From Eledone cirrhosa (Eukaryota): a stretch of 64,000 bases of DNA. Position 1 is the first letter of the stretch. Each line of letters starts with the position of its first letter. The position numbers and the translations under genes were made by a program. The notes below the pieces were generated by a model that searched no databases, was not told the origin of the DNA, and saw only the letters and a program-made list of their open reading frames with translations. The stretch covers positions 421,972,001 to 422,036,000 of the forward strand of contig OZ024740.1 of assembly GCA_964016885.1 (NCBI GenBank), read 5' to 3'. Below, piece by piece: positions 49,539 through 64,000 of the stretch.

Positions 49539-52500
49539 CCATTGGTGTTACTGGTCAACAGACTTCTTCCATCGGTGTTACTGGTCAACACATTTCTTCC
49601 ATTGGTATTACCGGTCAACATGGTCAACACATTTCTTCCATCGGTGTTACCGGTCAACACACTTCTTCCATCAGTGTTGTTGGTTAACACACTTCTTCCA
49701 TTGGTGTTACTGGTCAAGACACTTCTTCCATTTGTGTTACCGGTCAACATGGTCAACACACTTCTATTGGTGTTACTGGTCACCACACTTCTTCCATCGG
49801 TGTTACCGGTCAACACACTTCTTCCATTTGTGTTACTGGTGACCACACTTCTTCCATTGGTGTTACTGGTCACCACACATCTTCCATTGGTGTTACTGGT
49901 CAGCACACTTCTCCCATTGGTGTTACCGGTCACCACACTTCTTCCATCGGTGTTACCGGTCACCACACTTCTTCCATCAGTGTTACCGGTCAACACACTT
50001 CTTCCATTTGTGTTACTGGTCACCACACTTCTTCCATCGGTGTTACCAGTCAACACACTTCTTCCATTGGTGTTAGTGGTCACCACACTTCTTGCATTGG
50101 TGTTACTGGTCACCACACTTCTTCCATCGGTGTTACTGGTCAACACACTTCTTCCATTGGTGTTACTGGTCACCACACTTCTTCCATTGGTGTTACCGGT
50201 CACCACACTTCTTCCATTGGTGTTACCGGTCAACACACTTCTTCCATTTGTGTTACTGGTCACCACACTTCTTCCATTAGTGTTACTGGTCACCACACTT
50301 CTTCCATTGGTGTTACTGGTCAACACACTTCTTCAATCGGTGTTACTGGTCACCACACTTCTTCCATTGGTGTTACTGGTCAGCACACTTCTTCCATCGG
50401 TGTTACCGGTCATCACACTTCTTCCATCTGTGTTACTGGTCACCACACTTCTTCCATTGGTGTTACTGGTCACGACACTTCTTCCAATGGTGTTACTGGT
50501 CACGACACTTCTTCCATTGGTGTTACTGGTCACGTCACTTCTTCCATTGGTGTTACTGGTCACGTCACTTCTTCCATCAGTGTTACTGGTCAACACACTT
50601 CTTCCATTTGTGTTACTGGTCACCACACTTCTTCCATTGGTGATACTGGTCACGACACTTCTTCCAATGGTGTTACCTGTCAACACACTTCTCCCATTGA
50701 TGTTACTGGTCACGTCACTCTTTCCATCAGTGTTACTGGTCAACACACTTCTTCCATCGGTGTTACCGGTCACCATACTTCTTCCATCGGTGTTACTGGT
50801 CAACACACTTCTTCTATCGGTGTTACTGGTCACCACACTTCTTCCATTGGTGTTACTGGTCACCACACTTCTTCCATCGGTGTTACCGGTCATCACACTT
50901 CTTCCATCGGTGTTACCGGTCAACACACTTCTTCCATTCGTGTTACCGGTCAACACACTTCTTCCATCGGTGTTACTGGTCAACAGACTTCTTCCATCGG
51001 TGTTACCGGTCACCACACTTCTTCCATCGGTGTTACTGGTCAACACACTTCTTCCATTGGTGTTACTGGTGACCACACTTCTTGCATTGGTGTTACTGGT
51101 CACCACACTTCTTCCATTGGTGTTACTGGTCAACACACTTCTTCCATTGGTGTTACTGGTCACCACACTTCTTCCATTTGTGTTACCGGTCACCACACTT
51201 CTTCCATTGGTGTTACCGGTCAACACACTTCTTCCATTTGTGTTACTGGTCACCACACTTCTTCCATTAGTGTTACTGGTCACCACACTTCTTCCATTGG
51301 TGTTACTGGTCAACACACTTCTTCCATCGGTATTACCGGTCACCACACTTCTTCCACTGGTGTTACTCGTCAACACACTTCTTCCATCGGTGTTACTGGT
51401 CACCACACTTCTTCCATTGGTGTTACTGGTCACCACACTTCTTCCAATGGTGTTACCTGTCAACACACTTCTCCCATTGGTGTTACTGGTCACGTCACTC
51501 TTTCCATCAGTGTTACTGGTCAACACACTTCTTCCATTTGTGTTACCGGTCACTACACTTCTTCCATCGGTGTTACTGGCCACCACACTTCTTCCATCGG
51601 TGTTACTGGTCAACACACTTCTTCTATCGGTGTTACTGATCACCACACTTCTTCCATTGGTGTTACCGGTCAACACACTTCTTCCATTTGTGTTACTGGT
51701 CACCACACTTCTTCCATTGGTGTTACTGGTCAACATACTTCTTCCATCGGTGTTACCGGTCAACACACTTCTTCCATTTGTGTTACTGGTCACCACACTT
51801 CTTCCATTGGTGTTATTGGTCACCACATTTCTTCCATCGGTGTTACCGGTCACCACACTTCTTCCATCGGTGTTACTGGTTTAAGATACTTCTTCCATCG
51901 GTGTTACTGGTCCACACACTTCTTCCATCGGTGTTACTGGTCACCGCACTTCTTCCATTGGTGTTACCGGTCACCACACTTCTTCCATCGGTGTTACTGG
52001 TCCACACACTCCTTCGATTGGTGTTACAGGTCACCACACTTCTTCCATTGGTGTTACTGGTCAATACACTTCTTCCATTGGTGTTACTGGTCACCACACT
52101 TCTTCCATCGGTGTTACCGGTCAACACACTTCTTCCATTGGTCTCGCTGGACAACACACTTTTCCATCGGTGTTACCGGTCAACACACTTCTTCCATTGG
52201 TGTTACCGGTCAACACACTTCTTCCATCGGTGTTACCGGTCAACAGAATTCTTCCATCGGTGTTACTGGTCCACACACTTCTTCCATCGGTGTCACTGGT
52301 GAACAGACTTCTTCCATCGGTGTTACCGGTCCACACACTTCTTCCATCGGTGTTACTGGTCAACAGACTTCTTCCATCGGTGTTACTGGTCCACAAACTT
52401 CTTCCATCGGTGTTACAGGTCCACACACTTCTTCCATCGGTGTTACAGGTCACCACACTTCTTCCATCGGTGTTACTGGTCACACACTTCTTCCATCGGT

Positions 52501-55500
52501 GTTACTGGTGAACACACTTCTTCCATTGGTGTTACTGGTCACCACACTTCTTCCATCGGTGTTACCGGTCAACACACTTCTTCCATCGGTGTTACTGGTC
52601 ACCACACTTCTTCAATCGGTGTTACTGGTCACCACACTTCTTCAATCGGTGTTACCGGTCACCACACTTCTACCATCGGTGGTACCGGTCACCACACTTC
52701 TTCAATCGGTGTTACTGGTCACCACACTTCTTCCATCGGTGTTACCGGTCAACACATTTCTTCCATCGGTGTTACTGGTCAACACACTTCTTCCATTGGT
52801 GTTACTGGTCCACTCACTTCTTCCATCGGTGTTACTGGTCCACACACTTCTTCCATCGGTGTTACTGGTCACCACACTTCTTCTATTGGTGTTACCGGTC
52901 ACCACACTCCTTCCATCGGTGTTACTGGTCACCACACCTCTTCTATTGTTGTTTCTGGTCTACACACATCTTCCATTGGTGTTACTGGTCACCACACTTC
53001 TTCCATCGGTGTTACCGGTCAACACACTTCTACCATTGGTGTTACTGGTCAACAGACTTCTTCCATTGGTGTTACCGGTCACCACACCTCTTCTATTGTT
53101 GTTTCTGGTCTACACACTTCTTCCATTGGTGTTACTGGTCAACACACTTCTTCCATTGGTGTTACGGGTCACCACACCTCTTCTATTGTTGTTTCTGGTC
53201 TACACACTTCTTCCATTGGTGTTACTGGTCACCACACTTCTTCCATCGGTGTTACCGGTCAACACACTTCTACCATTGGTGTTACTGGTCAACAGACTTC
53301 TTCCATCGGTGTTACCGGTCAACACACTTCTTGCATCGGTGTTACTGGTCACCACACTTCTACCATCGTTGGTACCGGTCACCACACTTCTTCCATTGGT
53401 GTTACTGGTCAATACACTTCTTCCATCGGCGTTACCGGTCACCACACTTCTTCCATCGGTGTTACCGGTCCACACACTTCTTCCATCGGTGTTACTGGTC
53501 CACACACTTCTTCCATCGGTGTTACTGGTCACCACACTTCTTCTATTGGTGTTACTGGTCACCACACTTCTTCCATCGGTGTTACTGGTCAACACACTTC
53601 TTCCATTGGTGTTACTGGTGACCACACTTCTTGCATTGGTGTTACTGGTCACCACACTTCTTCCATTGGTGTTACTGGTCAACACACTTCTTCCATTGGT
53701 GTTACTGGTCACCACACTTCTTCCATTTGTGTTACCGGTCACCACACTTCTTCCATTGGTGTTACCGGTCAACACACTTCTTCCATTTGTGTTACTGGTC
53801 ACCACACTTCTTCCATTAGTGTTACTGGTCACCACACTTCTTCCATTGGTGTTACTGGTCAACACACTTCTTCCATCGGTATTACCGGTCACCACACTTC
53901 TTCCACTGGTGTTACTCGTCAACACACTTCTTCCATCGGTGTTACTGGTCACCACACTTCTTCCATTGGTGTTACTGGTCACCACACTTCTTCCAATGGT
54001 GTTACCTGTCAACACACTTCTCCCATTGGTGTTACTGGTCACGTCACTCTTTCCATCAGTGTTACTGGTCAACACACTTCTTCCATTTGTGTTACCGGTC
54101 ACTACACTTCTTCCATCGGTGTTACTGGCCACCACACTTCTTCCATCGGTGTTACTGGTCAACACACTTCTTCTATCGGTGTTACTGATCACCACACTTC
54201 TTCCATTGGTGTTACCGGTCAACACACTTCTTCCATTTGTGTTACTGGTCACCACACTTCTTCCATTGGTGTTACTGGTCAACATACTTCTTCCATCGGT
54301 GTTACCGGTCAACACACTTCTTCCATTTGTGTTACTGGTCACCACACTTCTTCCATTGGTGTTATTGGTCACCACATTTCTTCCATCGGTGTTACCGGTC
54401 ACCACACTTCTTCCATCGGTGTTACTGGTTTAAGATACTTCTTCCATCGGTGTTACTGGTCCACACACTTCTTCCATCGGTGTTACTGGTCACCGCACTT
54501 CTTCCATTGGTGTTACCGGTCACCACACTTCTTCCATCGGTGTTACTGGTCCACACACTCCTTCGATTGGTGTTACAGGTCACCACACTTCTTCCATTGG
54601 TGTTACTGGTCAATACACTTCTTCCATTGGTGTTACTGGTCACCACACTTCTTCCATCGGTGTTACCGGTCAACACACTTCTTCCATTGGTCTCGCTGGA
54701 CAACACACTTTTCCATCGGTGTTACCGGTCAACACACTTCTTCCATTGGTGTTACCGGTCAACACACTTCTTCCATCGGTGTTACCGGTCAACAGAATTC
54801 TTCCATCGGTGTTACTGGTCCACACACTTCTTCCATCGGTGTCACTGGTGAACAGACTTCTTCCATCGGTGTTACCGGTCCACACACTTCTTCCATCGGT
54901 GTTACTGGTCAACAGACTTCTTCCATCGGTGTTACTGGTCCACAAACTTCTTCCATCGGTGTTACAGGTCCACACACTTCTTCCATCGGTGTTACAGGTC
55001 ACCACACTTCTTCCATCGGTGTTACTGGTCACACACTTCTTCCATCGGTGTTACTGGTGAACACACTTCTTCCATTGGTGTTACTGGTCACCACACTTCT
55101 TCCATCGGTGTTACCGGTCAACACACTTCTTCCATCGGTGTTACTGGTCACCACACTTCTTCAATCGGTGTTACTGGTCACCACACTTCTTCAATCGGTG
55201 TTACCGGTCACCACACTTCTACCATCGGTGGTACCGGTCACCACACTTCTTCAATCGGTGTTACTGGTCACCACACTTCTTCCATCGGTGTTACCGGTCA
55301 ACACATTTCTTCCATCGGTGTTACTGGTCAACACACTTCTTCCATTGGTGTTACTGGTCCACTCACTTCTTCCATCGGTGTTACTGGTCCACACACTTCT
55401 TCCATCGGTGTTACTGGTCACCACACTTCTTCTATTGGTGTTACCGGTCACCACACTCCTTCCATCGGTGTTACTGGTCACCACACCTCTTCTATTGTTG

Positions 55501-58500
55501 TTTCTGGTCTACACACATCTTCCATTGGTGTTACTGGTCACCACACTTCTTCCATCGGTGTTACCGGTCAACACACTTCTACCATTGGTGTTACTGGTCA
55601 ACAGACTTCTTCCATTGGTGTTACCGGTCACCACACCTCTTCTATTGTTGTTTCTGGTCTACACACTTCTTCCATTGGTGTTACTGGTCAACACACTTCT
55701 TCCATTGGTGTTACGGGTCACCACACCTCTTCTATTGTTGTTTCTGGTCTACACACTTCTTCCATTGGTGTTACTGGTCACCACACTTCTTCCATCGGTG
55801 TTACCGGTCAACACACTTCTACCATTGGTGTTACTGGTCAACAGACTTCTTCCATCGGTGTTACCGGTCAACACACTTCTTGCATCGGTGTTACTGGTCA
55901 CCACACTTCTACCATCGTTGGTACCGGTCACCACACTTCTTCCATTGGTGTTACTGGTCAATACACTTCTTCCATCGGCGTTACCGGTCACCACACTTCT
56001 TCCATCGGTGTTACCGGTCCACACACTTCTTCCATCGGTGTTACTGGTCCACACACTTCTTCCATCGGTGTTACTGGTCACCACACTTCTTCTATTGGTG
56101 TTACCGGTCACCACACTTCTTCCATTGGTCTTACTGGTCAACACACTTCTTCCATTGGTGTTACTGGTCTCCACACTTCTTCCAACGGTGTTACCAGTCA
56201 ACACACTTATTCCATTGGTGTTACCGATCACCACACTTCTTCTATTGGTGTTACCGGTGAGCACACTTCTTCCATCGGTGTTACTGGTCACCACACCTCT
56301 TCTATTGTTGTTTCTGGTCTACACACTTCTTCCATTGGTGTTAGTGTTCTACACACTTCTTCCATTGTTGTTACTGGTCACCACACTTCTTCCATCGGTT
56401 TTATTGTTCACCACACTTCTTCCATTGGTGTTACTGGTCACCACACTTCTTCCATCGGTGTTACCGGTCAACACACTTCTTCAATTGGGGTTACTGGTCC
56501 ACACACTTCTTCCATTGGTGTTACTGGTCACCACACTTCTTCCATCGGTGTTACTGGTACCCACACTTTTTCTATCGGTGTTACTGGTTACCACACTTCT
56601 TCTATCGGTGTTACTGGTCACCAGACTTCTTCCGTCGGTGTTACTGGTCACCACACTTCTTCCATCGGTGTTACTGGTCACCACACTTCTTCCATCGGTG
56701 TTACTGGTCACCACACTTCTTCCATTGCTGTTACCGGTCCACAGACTTCTTCCATCGGTGTTACCGGTCAACAAACTTCTTCCATCGGTGTTACTGATCC
56801 ACACACTTCTTCCATCGGTGTTACTGGTCCACACACTTCTTCCATTGGTGTTACTGGTCACCACACTTTTTCGATTGGTGTTACGGGTCATCACACTTCT
56901 TCCATCGGTGTTACCGGTCAACACACTTCTTCAATTGGTGTTACTGGTCCACACACTTCTTCCATTGGTGTTACTGGTCACCACACTTCTTCCATCGGTG
57001 TTACTGGTCAACACACTTCTTCCATCGGTGTTACTGGTCACCACACTTCTTCCATTGGTGTTACCGGTCAACACACTTCTTCCATCGGTGTTACTGGTCC
57101 ACACACTTCTTCCATCGGTGTTACCGGTCACCACACTTCTTCCATTGGTGTTACTGGTCAACACACTTCTTCCATCGGTGTTACCGGTCAACACACTTCT
57201 ACCATTGGTGTTACTGGTCAACAGACTTCTTCCATCGGTGTTACCGGTCAACACACTTCTTGCATCGGTGTTACTGGTCACCACACTTCTACCATCGGTG
57301 GTACCGGTCACCACACTTCTTCCATTGGTGTTACTGGTCAATACACTTCTTCCATCGGCGTTACCGGTCACCACACTTCTTCCATCGGTGTTACCGGTCC
57401 ACACACTTCTTCCATCGGTGTTACTGGTCCACACACTTCTTCCATCGGTGTTACTGGTCACCACACTTCTTCTATTGGTGTTACCTGTCACCACACTTCT
57501 TCCATTGGTCTTACTGGTCAACACACTTCTTCCATTGGTGTTACTGGTCACCACACTTCTTCCATCGGTGTTACCAGTCAACACACTTATTCCATTGGTG
57601 TTACCGATCACCACACTTCTTCTATTGGTGTTACCGGTGAGTACACTTCTTCCATCGGTGTTACTGGTCACCACACCTCTTATATTGTTGTTTCTGGTCT
57701 ACACACTTCTTCCATTGGTGTTAGTGTTCTACACACTTCTTCCATTGTTGTTACTGGTCACCACACTTCTTCCATCGGTTTTATTGTTCACCACACTTCT
57801 TCCATTGGTGTTACCGGTCAACACACTTCTTCCATCGGTGTTACTGGTCCACACACTTCTTCCATCGGTGTTACCGGTCACCACACTTCTTCCATTGGTG
57901 TTACTGGTCAACACACTTCTTCCATCGGTGTTACCGGTCAACACACTTCTACCATTGGTGTTACTGGTCAACAGACTTCTTCCATCGGTGTTACCGGTCA
58001 ACACACTTCTTGCATCGGTGTTACTGGTCACCACACTTCTACCATCGGTGGTACCGGTCACCACACTTCTTCCATTGGTGTTACTGGTCAATACACTTCT
58101 TCTATCGGCGTTACCGGTCACCACACTTCTTCCATCGGTGTTACCGGTCCACACACTTCTTCCATCGGTGTTACTGGTCCACACACTTCTTCCATCGGTG
58201 TTACTGGTCACCACACTTCTTCTATTGGTGTTACCTGTCACCACACTTCTTCCATTGGTCTTACTGGTCAACACACTTCTTCCATTGGTGTTACTGGTCA
58301 CCACACTTCTTCCATCGGTGTTACCAGTCAACACACTTATTCCATTGGTGTTACCGATCACCACACTTCTTCTATTGGTGTTACCGGTGAGTACACTTCT
58401 TCCATCGGTGTTACTGGTCACCACACCTCTTCTATTGTTGTTTCTGGTCTACACACTTCTTCCATTGGTGTTAGTGTTCTACACACTTCTTCCATTGTTG

Positions 58501-61500
58501 TTACTGGTCACCACACTTCTTCCATCGGTTTTATTGTTCACCACACTTCTTCCATCGGTGTTACTGGTCACCACACTTCTTCCATTGGTGTTACTGGTCA
58601 CCACACTTCTTCCATCGGTGTTACCGGTCACCACACTTCTTCCATTGTTGTTACTGGTCACCACACTTCTTCCATTGGTGTTACAGGTCCCCACACTTTT
58701 TCCATCGGTGTTACTGGTTACCACACTTCTTCTATCGGTGTTACTGGTCACCAGACTTCTTCGGTCGGTGTTACTGGTCACCACACTTCTTCCATCGGTG
58801 TTACTGGTCACCACACTTCTTCCATCGGTGTTACTGGTCACTACACTTCTTCCATTGGTGTTACCGGTCCACAGACTTCTTCCATCGGTGTCACCGGTCA
58901 ACACACTTCTTCCATCGGTGTTACTGATCCACACACTTCTTCCATCGGTGTTACTGGTCCACACACTTCTTCCATTGGTGTTACTTGTCATGACAATTCT
59001 TCCCTCGGTGTTACAGATCAGCACACTTCTTCCATTGGTGTTACTGGTCACCACACTTCTTCGATTGGTGTTACTGGTCATCACACTTCTTCCATCGGTG
59101 TTACCGGTCAACACACTTCTTCAATTGGTGTTACTGGTCCACACACTTCTTCCATTGGTGTTACTGGTCACCACACTTCTTCAATCGGTGTTACTGGTTA
59201 CCACACTTCTTCTATCGGTGTTACTGGTCAACACACTTCTTCCGTCGGTGTTACTGGTCACCACACTTCTTCCATCGGTGTTACTGGTCACCACACTTCT
59301 TCCATCGGTGTTACTGGTCACCACACTTCTTCCATTGGTGTTACCGGTCCACAGACTTCTTCCATCGGTGTTACCGGTCAACACACTTCTTCCATCGGTG
59401 TTACTGATCCACACACTTCTTCCATCGGTGTTACTGGTCCACACACTTCTTCCATTGGTGTTACTGGTCACCACACTTTTTCGATTGGTGTTACTGGTCA
59501 TCACACTTCTTCCATCGGTGTTACCGGTCAACACACTTCTTCAATTGGTGTTACTGGTCCACACACTTCTTCCATTGGTGTTACTGGTCACCACACTTCT
59601 TCCATCGGTGTTACTGGTCAACACACTTCTTCCATCGGTGTTACTGGTCACCACACTTCTTCCATTGGTGTTACTGGTCAACACACTTCTTCCATCGGTG
59701 ATACTGGTCACCACACTTCTTCCATTGGTGTTACTGGTCACCACATTTCTTCCAATGGTGTTACCTGTCAACACACTTCTCCCATTGGTGTTACTGGTCA
59801 CGTCACTCTTTCCATCAGTGTTACTGGTCAACACACTTATTCCATTTGTGTTACCGGTCACCACACTTCTTCCATTGGTGTTACTGGCCACCACACTTCT
59901 TCCATCGGTGTTACTGGTCAACACACTTCTTCTATCGGTGTTACTGATCACCACACTTCTTCCATTGGTGTTACCGGTCAACACACTTCTTCCATTTGTG
60001 TTACTGGTCACCACACTTCTTCCATCAGTGTTACTGGCCACCACACTTCTTCCATCGGTGTTACTGGTCAACACACTTCTTCTATCGGTGTTACTGATCA
60101 CCACACTTCTTCCATTGGTGTTACCGGTCAACACACTTCTTCCATTTGTGTTACTGGTCACCACACTTCTTCCATCAGTGTTACTGGCCACCACACTTCT
60201 TCCATCGGTGTTACTGATTACCACACTTCTTCCATTGGTGTTACTGGTCACCACACTTCTTCTATCGGTGTTACTGATCACCACACTTCTTCCATTGGTG
60301 TTACTGGTCTACACACTTCTTCCATCGGTGTTACCGGTCACCACACTTCTTCCATCGGTGTTACTGGTCAACACACTTCTTCCATTCGTGTTACCGGTCA
60401 ACACACTTCTTCCATCGGTGTTACTGGTCAACAGACTTCTTCCATCGGTGTTACCGGTCACCACACTTCTTCCATTGGTGTTACTGGTCAACACACCTCT
60501 TCCATTGGTGTTACCGGTCAACACACTTCTTCCATTGGTGTTACTGGTCCACACACTTCTTCCATCGGTGTTACTGGTTTAAGACACTTCTTCCATCGGT
60601 GTTACTGGTCACCACACTTCTTCTATTGGTGTTACCGGTCACCACACTTCTTCCATTGGTCTTACTGGTCAACACATTTCTTCCATTGGTGTTACTGGTC
60701 ACCACACTTCTTCCATCGGTGTTACCAGTCAACACACTTATTCCATTGGTGTTACCGATCACCACACTTCTTCTATTGGTGTTACCGGTGAGTACACTTC
60801 TTCCATCGGTGTTACTGGTCACCACACCTCTTCTATTGTTGTTTCTGGTCTACACACTTCTTCCATTGGTGTTAGTGTTCTACACACTTCTTCCATTGTT
60901 GTTACTGGTCACCACACTTCTTCCATCGGTTTTATTGTTCACCACACTTCTTCCATCGGTGTTAGTGGTCACCACAATTCTTCCATTGGTGTTACTGGTC
61001 ACCACACTTCTTCCATCGGTGTTACCGGTCACCACACTTCTTCCATTGTTGTTACTGGTCACCACACTTCTTCCATTGGTGTTACAGGTCCCCACACTTT
61101 TTCCATCGGTGTTACTGGTTACCACACTTCTTCTATCGGTGTTACTGGTCACCAGACTTCTTCGGTCGGTGTTACTGGTCACCACACTTCTTCCATCGGT
61201 GTTACTCGTCACCACACTTCTTCCATCGGTGTTACTGGTCACCACACTTCTTCCATTGGTGTTACCGGTCCACAGACTTCTTCCATCGGTGTTACCGGTC
61301 AACACACTTCTTCCATCGGTGTTACTGATCCACACACTTCTTCCATCGGTGTTACTGGTCCACACACTTCTTCCATTGGTGTTACTTGTCATCACAATTC
61401 TTCCCTCGGTGTTACAGATCAGCACACTTCTTCCATTGGTGTTACTGGTCACCACACTTCTTCGATTGGTGTTACTGGTCATCACATTTCTTCCATCGGT

Positions 61501-64000
61501 GTTACCGGTCAACACACTTCTTCAATTGGTGTTACTGGTCCACACACTTCTTCCATTGGTGTTACTGGTCACCACACTTCTTCCATCGGTGTTACTGGTT
61601 ACCACACTTCTTCTATCGGTGTTACTGGTCACCAGACTTCTTCCGTCGGTGTTACTGGTCACCACACTTCTTCCATCGGTGTTACTGGTCACCACACTTC
61701 TTCCATCGGTGTTACTGGTCACCACACTTCTTCCATTGGTGTTACCGGTCCACAGACTTCTTCCATCGGTGTTACTGGTCACCACACTTCTTCCATCGGT
61801 GTTACTGGTCAACACACTTCTTCCATCGGTGTTACTGGTCACCACACTTCTTCCATTGGTGTTACTGGTCAACACACTTCTTCCATCGGTGTTACTGGTC
61901 ACCACACTTCTTCCATTGGTGTTACTGGTCACCACACTTCTTCCAATGGTGTTACCTGTCAACACACTTCTCCCATTGGTGTTACTGGTCACGTCACTCT
62001 TTCCATCAGTGTTACTGGTCAACACACTTATTCCATTTGTGTTACCGGTCACCACACTTCTTCCATTGGTGTTACTGGCCACCACACTTCTTCCATCGGT
62101 GTTACTGGTCAACACACTTCTTCTATCGGTGTTACTGATCACCACACTTCTTCCATTGGTGTTACCGGTCAACACACTTCTTCCATTTGTGTTACTGGTC
62201 ACCACACTTCTTCCATCAGTGTTACTGGGCACCACACTTCTTCCATCGGTGTTACCGGTCACCACACTTCTTCCATCGGTGTTACTGGTTTAAGACACTT
62301 CTTCCATCGGTGTTACTGGTCACCACACTTCTTCCATCAGTGTTACTGGGCACCACACTTCTTCCATCGGTGTTACCGGTCACCACACTTCTTCCATTGG
62401 TGTTACTGGTCACCACACTTCTTCTATCGGTGTTACTGATCACCACACTTCTTCCATTGGTGTTACTGGTCTACACACTTCTTCCATCGGTGTTACCGGT
62501 CACCACACTTCTTCCATCGGTGTTACTGGTCAACACACTTCTTCCATTCGTGTTACCGGTCAACACACTTCTTCCATCGGTGTTACTGGTCAACAGACTT
62601 CTTCCATCGGTGTTACCGGTCACCACACTTCTTCCATTGGTGTTACTGGTCAACACACCTCTTCCATTGGTGTTACCGGTCAACACACTTCTTCCATTGG
62701 TGTTACTGGTCCACACACTTCTTCCATTTGTGTTACTGGTCACCACACTTCTTCCATCAGTGTTACTGGCCACCACACTTCTTCCATCGGTGTTACTGGT
62801 CAACACACTTCTTCTATCGGTGTTACTGATCACCACACTTCTTCCATTGGTGTTACCGGTCAACACACTTCTTCCATTTGTGTTACTGGTCACCACACTT
62901 CTTCCATCAGTGTTACTGGGCACCACACTTCTTCCATCGGTGTTACTGATCACCACACTTCTTCCATTGGTGTTACTGGTCACCACACTTCTTCTATCGG
63001 TGTTACTGATCACCACACTTCTTCCATTGGTGTTACTGGTCTACACACTTCTTCCATCGGTGTTACCGGTCACCACACTTCTTCCATCGGTGTTACTGGT
63101 CAACACACTTCTTCCATTCGTGTTACCGGTCAACACACTTCTTCCATCGGTGTTACTGGTCAACAGACTTCTTCCATCGGTGTTACCGGTCACCACACTT
63201 CTTCCATTGGTGTTACTGGTCAACACACCTCTTCCATTGGTGTTACCGGTCAACACACTTCTTCCATTGGTGTTACTGGTCCACACACTTCTTCCATCGG
63301 TGTTACTGGTTTAAGACACTTCTTCCATCGGTGTTACTGGTCACCACACTTCTTCTATTGGTGTTACCGGTCACCACACTTCTTCCATTGGTCTTACTGG
63401 TCAACACACTTCTTCCATTGGTGTTACTGGTCACCACACTTCTTCCATCGGTGTTACCAGTCAACACACTTATTCCATTGGTGTTACCGATCACCACACT
63501 TCTTCTATTGGTGTTACCGGTGAGTACACTTCTTCCATCGGTGTTACTGGTCACCACACCTCTTCTATTGTTGTTTCTGGTCTACACACTTCTTCCATTG
63601 GTGTTAGTGTTCTACACACTTCTTCCATTGTTGTTACTGGTCACCACACTTCTTCCATCGGTTTTATTGTTCACCACACTTCTTCCATCGGTGTTACTGG
63701 TCACCACACTTCTTCCATTGGTGTTACTGGTCACCACACTTCTTCCATCGGTGTTACCGGTCACCACACTTCTTCCATTGTTGTTACTGGTCACCACACT
63801 TCTTCCATTGGTGTTACAGGTCCCCACACTTTTTCCATCGGTGTTACTGGTTACCACACTTCTTCTATCGGTGTTACTGGTCACCAGACTTCTTCGGTCG
63901 GTGTTACTGGTCACCACACTTCTTCCATCGGTGTTACTGGTCACCACACTTCTTCCATCGGTGTTACTGGTCACCACACTTCTTCCATTGGTGTTACCGG

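Larger units (their letters stand above)
33224..64000. repeat. 30-bp satellite, ~950 monomers (consensus CACACTTCTTCCATYGGTGTTACYGGTCAM), continuing past the window end
   Basis: Tandem array with 27-, 28-, 29-, 31- and 39-bp variants, interrupted only by six 340-bp spacers. Confidence 0.98.

Noticed and set aside
33243-63977. Very long ORFs (up to 1844 aa) of LLPLVLLVNT, GRSVLTSNTN, HTSSIGVTGQ and CYWSTHFFHW repeats; possible mucin-like exon after the acceptor-like TCTCTCTTACAG at 33225
   Set aside because: The 30-bp monomer is stop-free in four of six frames, so long overlapping ORFs on both strands are expected. Frameshifting monomers and stops occur (for example TAG near 33320 in the S/T-rich frame). 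The frame-preserving indels are simple CTT and 9-bp slippages.

Overview
Eukaryotic, AT-rich, repeat-only window from an invertebrate. The SINE/RTE repertoire and (TA)n density suggest a cephalopod such as Octopus, which is an inference. No intact host gene is evident. 1-11.6 kb holds two young, near-identical RTE-clade LINEs in inverted orientation, each with a PHD-like finger inserted in the RT and each broken by a different nonsense codon, plus older RTE debris and tRNA-derived SINEs. 12.5-17.3 kb is a dense cluster of 100-400 bp islands separated by (TA)n tracts. Most carry minimal type I hammerhead ribozyme (HHR) motifs: one fully canonical at 14936-14996, one near-canonical at 17058-17100, several degenerate or half copies. 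Several islands are fold-back inverted duplications, consistent with Penelope-like element (PLE) ends or retrozyme-like units. 17.6-30.9 kb is a 40/41-bp satellite that expanded inside the 3' end of an RTE LINE. 33.2-64 kb is a 30-bp satellite interleaved with six copies of a 340-bp mariner transposase fragment, with higher-order duplications. The long ORFs in the satellites are best explained as artefacts of stop-free monomers. All structures were paired by eye; nothing was computed or searched.
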